A stretch of 62,015 nt of DNA from an uncultured Syntrophomonas sp. (lineage in GTDB: Bacteria; Bacillota; Syntrophomonadia; Syntrophomonadales; Syntrophomonadaceae). The DNA is taken from the NCBI GenBank assembly GCA_964584415.1, contig CAZOZX010000001.1, forward strand, positions 1-62,015, read 5' to 3'. Positions 58,273-62,015 of this stretch are shown here, one piece after another. The notes beneath the pieces were generated by a model. That model was not told where the DNA came from. It did no database searches and saw only the letters and a program-made list of their open reading frames with translations. Numbering within the stretch: position 1 is the stretch's first letter; every line of letters begins with the position of its first letter. The position numbers and the translations under genes were made by a program.

Positions 58273-59133
58273 TTAGCAATCCCGTAATCGGGCCCCAGGG
58301 CCCATTTCCAGGAAACATTCGATGAGTTCGGCCTCCGAGCGCAACCCGACCACATGATCGGCGTCATCTACCGCCATGACTATTAAATAAAAAGTGGGCC
58401 GGGCTGACTCCAATATAAGCTTCAGCAAGGTGTCCTGGCGGCTTATGATTTGCTGGGCTGGCAGCAAACCATGTTTGGCCAAATCACTTTTCTTATTGAC
58501 CAGATAGCGCATAAAAGCATAAGCAAGCAATTTAGCTTCACGGTGGGCAGCCCAAAAAAGTAATATGCCAACCACTATGAAATTTAGTCCGCCTCGAAGC
58601 ATATATAACTGGTATCCCCCCCAGGTTAGAGAGCCCAATGCTATTACTTTACCTAGCAAGGCAGTACGGGAGGTCGCCTTTTTGTAGCCTATAAATTTGG
58701 ATAGAACGGCACGCAGAATATGCCCCCCATCCATAGGTAATCCTGGACACAGGTTAAAGAGACCCAGCCATAGGTTTATATTAATGAACATAGGCAGATG
58801 ATAGTTATTCAGATTTGATTGGAGGAAATAAAAAATACCAGCCACAGAAAGACTGGCAGCTGGTCCAGCGACAGCAACATAAATATCCCGCTCCGGTTCA
58901 AGCCCCGTGTAATCTTCCATTTTAGCCTGGCCGCCAAATGGCAGCAGGTCAATTTCGGCGACCTTCACCCCCTGGATGCGGGCCATTATCACATGGGCAA
59001 TTTCATGAATCAGGACGGCTGCAAATATGAGCAGCACCTCTACACCTAAACCCAGGTAAACATAGAGAGCGCCTAACAGTAAGACGAACAGGTTAATCCT
59101 AATTCGTATCCCACTAATCTTGCCTATCAGCAT
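58273..59133 (-). CDS. spoIVFB: site-2 (M50) intramembrane metalloprotease, SpoIVFB-like
   Basis: 286 aa. HEIAH (HExxH) in TM2, NLCPGLPMDGG (NxxPxxxxDG), C-terminal CBS-like domain. Paired with a SpoIVFA-like gene. Confidence 0.8.
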   Translation of the reverse strand: MLIGKISGIRIRINLFVLLLGALYVYLGLGVEVLLIFAAVLIHEIAHVIMARIQGVKVAEIDLLPFGGQAKMEDYTGLEPERDIYVAVAGPAASLSVAGIFYFLQSNLNNYHLPMFININLWLGLFNLCPGLPMDGGHILRAVLSKFIGYKKATSRTALLGKVIALGSLTWGGYQLYMLRGGLNFIVVGILLFWAAHREAKLLAYAFMRYLVNKKSDLAKHGLLPAQQIISRQDTLLKLILESARPTFYLIVMAVDDADHVVGLRSEAELIECFLEMGPGARLRDC

Positions 59134-59136
59134 ATG

Positions 59137-59727
59137 CTACTCGAATATACTATGCGGATTTATCGGTCCATCCTTACTTCTAACCTCAAAATAGAGACGG
59201 GTTCCGGTGGTGCCCAACTGGTTATCTGCATTTACCGTTTGTCCGGGTTTGACATTGGTCTGGGCCAGCCCGCCATAAAAAGAGTAAAATTCAGTGCCAT
59301 GCTTTATTAATACCGAGCCTTGACCTGCAACATTATTGGTCTCAATCACTTCTCCCGCCACAATCGGCTTTACTGGGGTCCCCTGGTTGACAGACAGGGT
59401 CACCCCGGAGCTGAATTTTTGCCTCCTGGCCGTCTTATCCCAGTACCATCCAAAGTTGCGCTCAATAGATATTATTGGACAAGGAGACTGAAGTACTTGA
59501 CCACCACTGGCTGGTAAAAGAGCGGCTGCATCATTAGTACCGGGGATATGTACATATCTTGAAATTACCGCCCCGATATCGTACTGGTTATGCATTACAT
59601 AGTCTAGCACAGGCTCCAAGACCTGCCGGCTAGACTGCCCGGACTGCATTACGACACCGGTCGCTGCTATGATGAGGATTACAACCAGAAGTTTTATTTT
59701 GAAATTTTGCAGCATACAAAATCCCAC
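59137..59727 (-). CDS. spoIVFA: membrane-anchored degenerate LytM (M23-like) domain protein, SpoIVFA-like
   Basis: N-terminal TM. LytM fold with metal ligands apparently replaced (GVTLS instead of GxDI, RLYFEV instead of HLHFEV). 3 nt upstream of the M50 protease gene. The start may be 59715. Confidence 0.65.
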   Translation of the reverse strand: MGFCMLQNFKIKLLVVILIIAATGVVMQSGQSSRQVLEPVLDYVMHNQYDIGAVISRYVHIPGTNDAAALLPASGGQVLQSPCPIISIERNFGWYWDKTARRQKFSSGVTLSVNQGTPVKPIVAGEVIETNNVAGQGSVLIKHGTEFYSFYGGLAQTNVKPGQTVNADNQLGTTGTRLYFEVRSKDGPINPHSIFE

Positions 59728-59905
59728 CCAGGCTTTTATTTCTTAAAATATATAGCTTTGAGATGAGATTTATTACTAACCCAACACAAAAGTGGAAGGC
59801 TGAGCCTCCATTAAGATGGTTACTGCTGATGGACCAAGTTGTAGTACGCCTGAGGATGCGAATGGCTGCTTCACGAAGAATTAAAGTATGGAACAGGTCT
59901 GGGGC

Positions 59906-60328
59906 TTATTTGAACTCATAATCGGCATCGATGGTATCCACCTGAGCCTTTTTAACAATTTTGTTGTATATCCCGTCCGGCAGCAGGTAACGGGTAAATT
60001 CCAGAATTCTATTAATGGTCAAAAGTAAATCGGCCGGGCCATCCCAGTGGGACAGCAGAATATGATTATCGATACTGTTTAAAAATCTTTTTAGGACCAG
60101 TGCTACCAGCAGGAGATCATCAATCTGACCCAAAAACGGTATGGCATCGGGCAAAAAGTCCAGCGGTGAAAGAACATAGACAACCGTTCCCATCAAAATC
60201 GCCTTCTCGCTGACCTGGACCCGGTTATCGCCGATCAATCGGTAAAGAAGCTTTATAAAATTGGGTATCAATAACAATGTCCGTCGAGCAGTCTCCTGCA
60301 AAGATTGCTTATTTATACCTAGACTCAT
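59906..60328 (-). CDS. DUF1232 (YkvA-like) membrane protein
   Basis: Start placed at ATG 60328 (MSLGINKQ...) behind GAAGGGG. VYVLSPLDFLPDAIPFLGQIDDLLLVALVL is the DUF1232 signature. The ORF-track N-terminal extension overlaps rodA and is rejected. Confidence 0.7.
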   Translation of the reverse strand: MSLGINKQSLQETARRTLLLIPNFIKLLYRLIGDNRVQVSEKAILMGTVVYVLSPLDFLPDAIPFLGQIDDLLLVALVLKRFLNSIDNHILLSHWDGPADLLLTINRILEFTRYLLPDGIYNKIVKKAQVDTIDADYEFK

Positions 60329-60354
60329 GGCACTACCCCTTCCCGTTTCCCCGC

Positions 60355-61491
60355 CTAAAACACAAGCTTCTTGCCCCTGATATTTATGCCCAACACTAAG
60401 CCCACCGCAATCATGTTGGTCAGCATGGAGCTGCCGCCATAACTTACAAAAGGCAGCGGAATGCCCGTGACTGGCATTAATCCTATACACATACCGATGT
60501 TTTCAAAAATATGAAACAACCACATAGCAATGATGCCAGAAATAATCAAGGTCCCAAACATTTCCCGCGATTTGCTGCCAATAATCAAGGCCCTGAATAG
60601 CAACACCCCATACAGGATTATCAGTAGTGCTGCCCCAATGAAACCCAACTCCTCGCCAATTACTGCATAGATGAAATCAGTGTGGTGTTCCGGTAAAAAA
60701 TTGAGCTGCACCTGGGTCCCGTTGAACAAGCCACTGCCAGTGAGACCACCGGCACCTATAGCGATGAGGGATTGGATAGTATTCCAACCGGCACCCCGTC
60801 CCCCCAGGCCGTCCTGGTAAGGATCTACAAAAACGGCCAGCCTCTTAATCTGATAATCATCCAAGGGCAGCCATAGATTGTACTGAAAGTGTAAAAATAC
60901 CCATAAAGATATAAATCCGATCAGCCCAATAATTAATCCTGATAATAAACGAGGGTTGGCGCCGGCCATATACATCATTGCTGCCATTACCACCAGATAA
61001 ACCAAGGCGGTGCCTAAGTCAGGCTGCATCAATATAAAGAGCACCGGCACTCCCATGTAGGCAAAACAAGGCAGGAACTGCGCCAGGGTATTTAGCTCAC
61101 CTTTCCGGCGTCCCAAAAAATCAGCAAAAGCGATGATCAATAGGACTTTAGTGAACTCCGCCGGCTGAACCGGGGGCAGCCCGCCTATACCAATCCAGCC
61201 GGTAGTACCGCGAACCTCGGTACCGAAAATCAGCACAATAATCAGCGTAACCAAAGCAAAGCCATAAATGTAGGTACTGTATTGCTGCAGCAAGGTATAA
61301 TCAAACCACATAATAAAGACCGCTAGGGCAATGCCCAGGATTAAGAAGAATACCTGCTTCTTTAGGTAGTAGTAGGGATCACTGCTCAGACCTACGCTAG
61401 CGCTGGTCAGCATCAAAAGTCCGAATAACAATATAACCGCCAGAGCGGCAACAAAATATTTATCTATCAACCTGAATCGTTTAGCATTCAT
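60355..61491 (-). CDS. rodA: rod shape-determining protein RodA (SEDS family FtsW/RodA/SpoVE)
   Basis: About 10 TM helices, SEDS motifs (LQPAEFTK-like PVQPAEFTK, GLPLPFVSYGGSS). Start proposed at ATG 61491 (MNAKRF...) behind GGAGGG. The ORF track extends to 61551. Confidence 0.85.
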   Translation of the reverse strand: MNAKRFRLIDKYFVAALAVILLFGLLMLTSASVGLSSDPYYYLKKQVFFLILGIALAVFIMWFDYTLLQQYSTYIYGFALVTLIIVLIFGTEVRGTTGWIGIGGLPPVQPAEFTKVLLIIAFADFLGRRKGELNTLAQFLPCFAYMGVPVLFILMQPDLGTALVYLVVMAAMMYMAGANPRLLSGLIIGLIGFISLWVFLHFQYNLWLPLDDYQIKRLAVFVDPYQDGLGGRGAGWNTIQSLIAIGAGGLTGSGLFNGTQVQLNFLPEHHTDFIYAVIGEELGFIGAALLIILYGVLLFRALIIGSKSREMFGTLIISGIIAMWLFHIFENIGMCIGLMPVTGIPLPFVSYGGSSMLTNMIAVGLVLGINIRGKKLVF

Positions 61492-61592
61492 GGAACGAAA
61501 CCCTCCGGGTTTCATTATAAGGGTAGCTAAAATCATATGTCCATAGGGCAAAAATAGGAGGGCAGGATAAGACCCGGTTATTGGCTCTAAAT

Positions 61593-61634
61593 AAAAATGA
61601 AAAGGTAATCCCGGCAGCTAGCAAGGGATTACCT
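61593..61634 (-). terminator. intrinsic terminator after minE
   Basis: AGGUAAUCCC-loop-GGGAUUACCU hairpin followed by UUUUCAUUUUU. Confidence 0.65.
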
Positions 61635-61657
61635 TTTTGAAATCATCCTCGGTTTTT

Positions 61658-61927
61658 CTAAATATTAACTGCCCGTTTCAAACTCCGGACCGGTATATTG
61701 GCTATAAGAGCCATGGTGTCATCTTCATTCTCAAGATTAACGATGAGACTCTCCACATCGATATCCATATACTGTTGGATCACCTCGATAAGGTCGGCTT
61801 TCAACGCACAGATCAATTCCGGCGATACCATGCTGCGGTCATGTATAAGCACTAATCTTAAGCGTTCCCGGGCTACATCCTTGCTGCCCCCGTCCCTGTT
61901 AAAAAACTTGGCGATGAAATCAATCAA
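61658..61927 (-). CDS. minE: cell division topological specificity factor MinE
   Basis: 89 aa. MIDFIAKFFNR...ARERLRLVLIHDR is typical of MinE. TTG start behind AAGGAGGG. Confidence 0.9.
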   Translation of the reverse strand: MIDFIAKFFNRDGGSKDVARERLRLVLIHDRSMVSPELICALKADLIEVIQQYMDIDVESLIVNLENEDDTMALIANIPVRSLKRAVNI

Positions 61928-61944
61928 ATTAGAACCCTCCTTTT

Positions 61945-62015
61945 CTACCGAGCCAATCTTAACCTTTTGATGAATCGGGTCATGATGTTGGCTGAGTCTT
62001 CCAGGGTATACATCG
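61945..62015 (-). CDS. minD: septum site-determining protein MinD, C-terminal fragment (partial at window end)
   Basis: Frame reads ...MYTLEDSANIMTRFIKRLRLAR* and ends in a basic amphipathic tail. Lies directly upstream of minE. The fragment is too short for a firm call. Confidence 0.45.
   Translation of the reverse strand, partial: MYTLEDSANIMTRFIKRLRLAR

Noticed and set aside
59728-59905. 178-nt gap between the DUF1232 gene and the spoIVFA-like gene, examined for an ncRNA or small ORF
   Set aside because: It contains only a short hairpin (GGAGGC-UCA-GCCUUCC) with a weak U-tract and no conserved motif I recognise. It is probably just a weak terminator plus a promoter region.
1-62015. Scan for CRISPR arrays, IS elements/transposases, integrases, phage genes, long direct or inverted repeats, and rRNA genes
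   Set aside because: I found none by eye. The only RNA gene detected is the tRNA-Ala at 41298-41373. A computational repeat search could still find short dispersed repeats that I missed.

Overview
This 62 kb window is almost entirely a housekeeping backbone from a spore-forming Firmicute, probably a Clostridia or Peptococcaceae-like lineage. That placement rests on gene content only and was not verified. About 85% of the genes lie on the minus strand. Their order matches two classic Bacillus subtilis regions. The first runs rpoD-dnaG ... ccpN-glyS-glyQ-recO-era-cdd-dgkA-ybeY-pgpH-phoH-yqfD-yqfC-rpsU ... mtaB-prmA-dnaJ-dnaK-grpE-hrcA-hemW-lepA-spoIIP-rpsT-holA-comEC-comEA, then rsfS-yqeK-nadD. 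The second runs proA-proB-obg-spo0B-rpmA-rplU ... spoIVFB-spoIVFA ... rodA-minE-minD. Regulatory RNAs and sites readable directly from the sequence are a glycine T-box upstream of glyQS, a perfect CIRCE operator upstream of hrcA, several near-consensus sigma-A promoters, and intrinsic terminators. I saw no CRISPR array, transposase, integrase, IS element or long repeat. The most unusual observation is in the leuS leader. A complete, canonical 76-nt tRNA-Ala(GGC) gene, with G3:U70, A73 and an encoded CCA, sits inside an otherwise complete Leu (CUC) T-box riboswitch. It lies between Stem II/F-box and the T-box antiterminator/terminator, at the place where Stem III normally is. Other points worth a second look: an archaeal-type (group II-like) chaperonin between hrcA and grpE in the CIRCE operon; a four-gene accessory island between nadD and proA (YkgJ-like Cys-rich protein, CysK-like PLP enzyme, thiolase-like protein apparently lacking the nucleophilic Cys, DUF35 OB-fold/Zn-ribbon protein); a Spo0B-like phosphotransferase; a ParE/Phd toxin-antitoxin pair with tandem palindromic operators next to a YdbC/PC4-like gene; a ccpN-PDRP-ppdK operon; and L27 without the Firmicute N-terminal propeptide and without a prp gene. 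All calls rest on reading the supplied ORF translations and the nucleotide sequence by eye. No searches were run.
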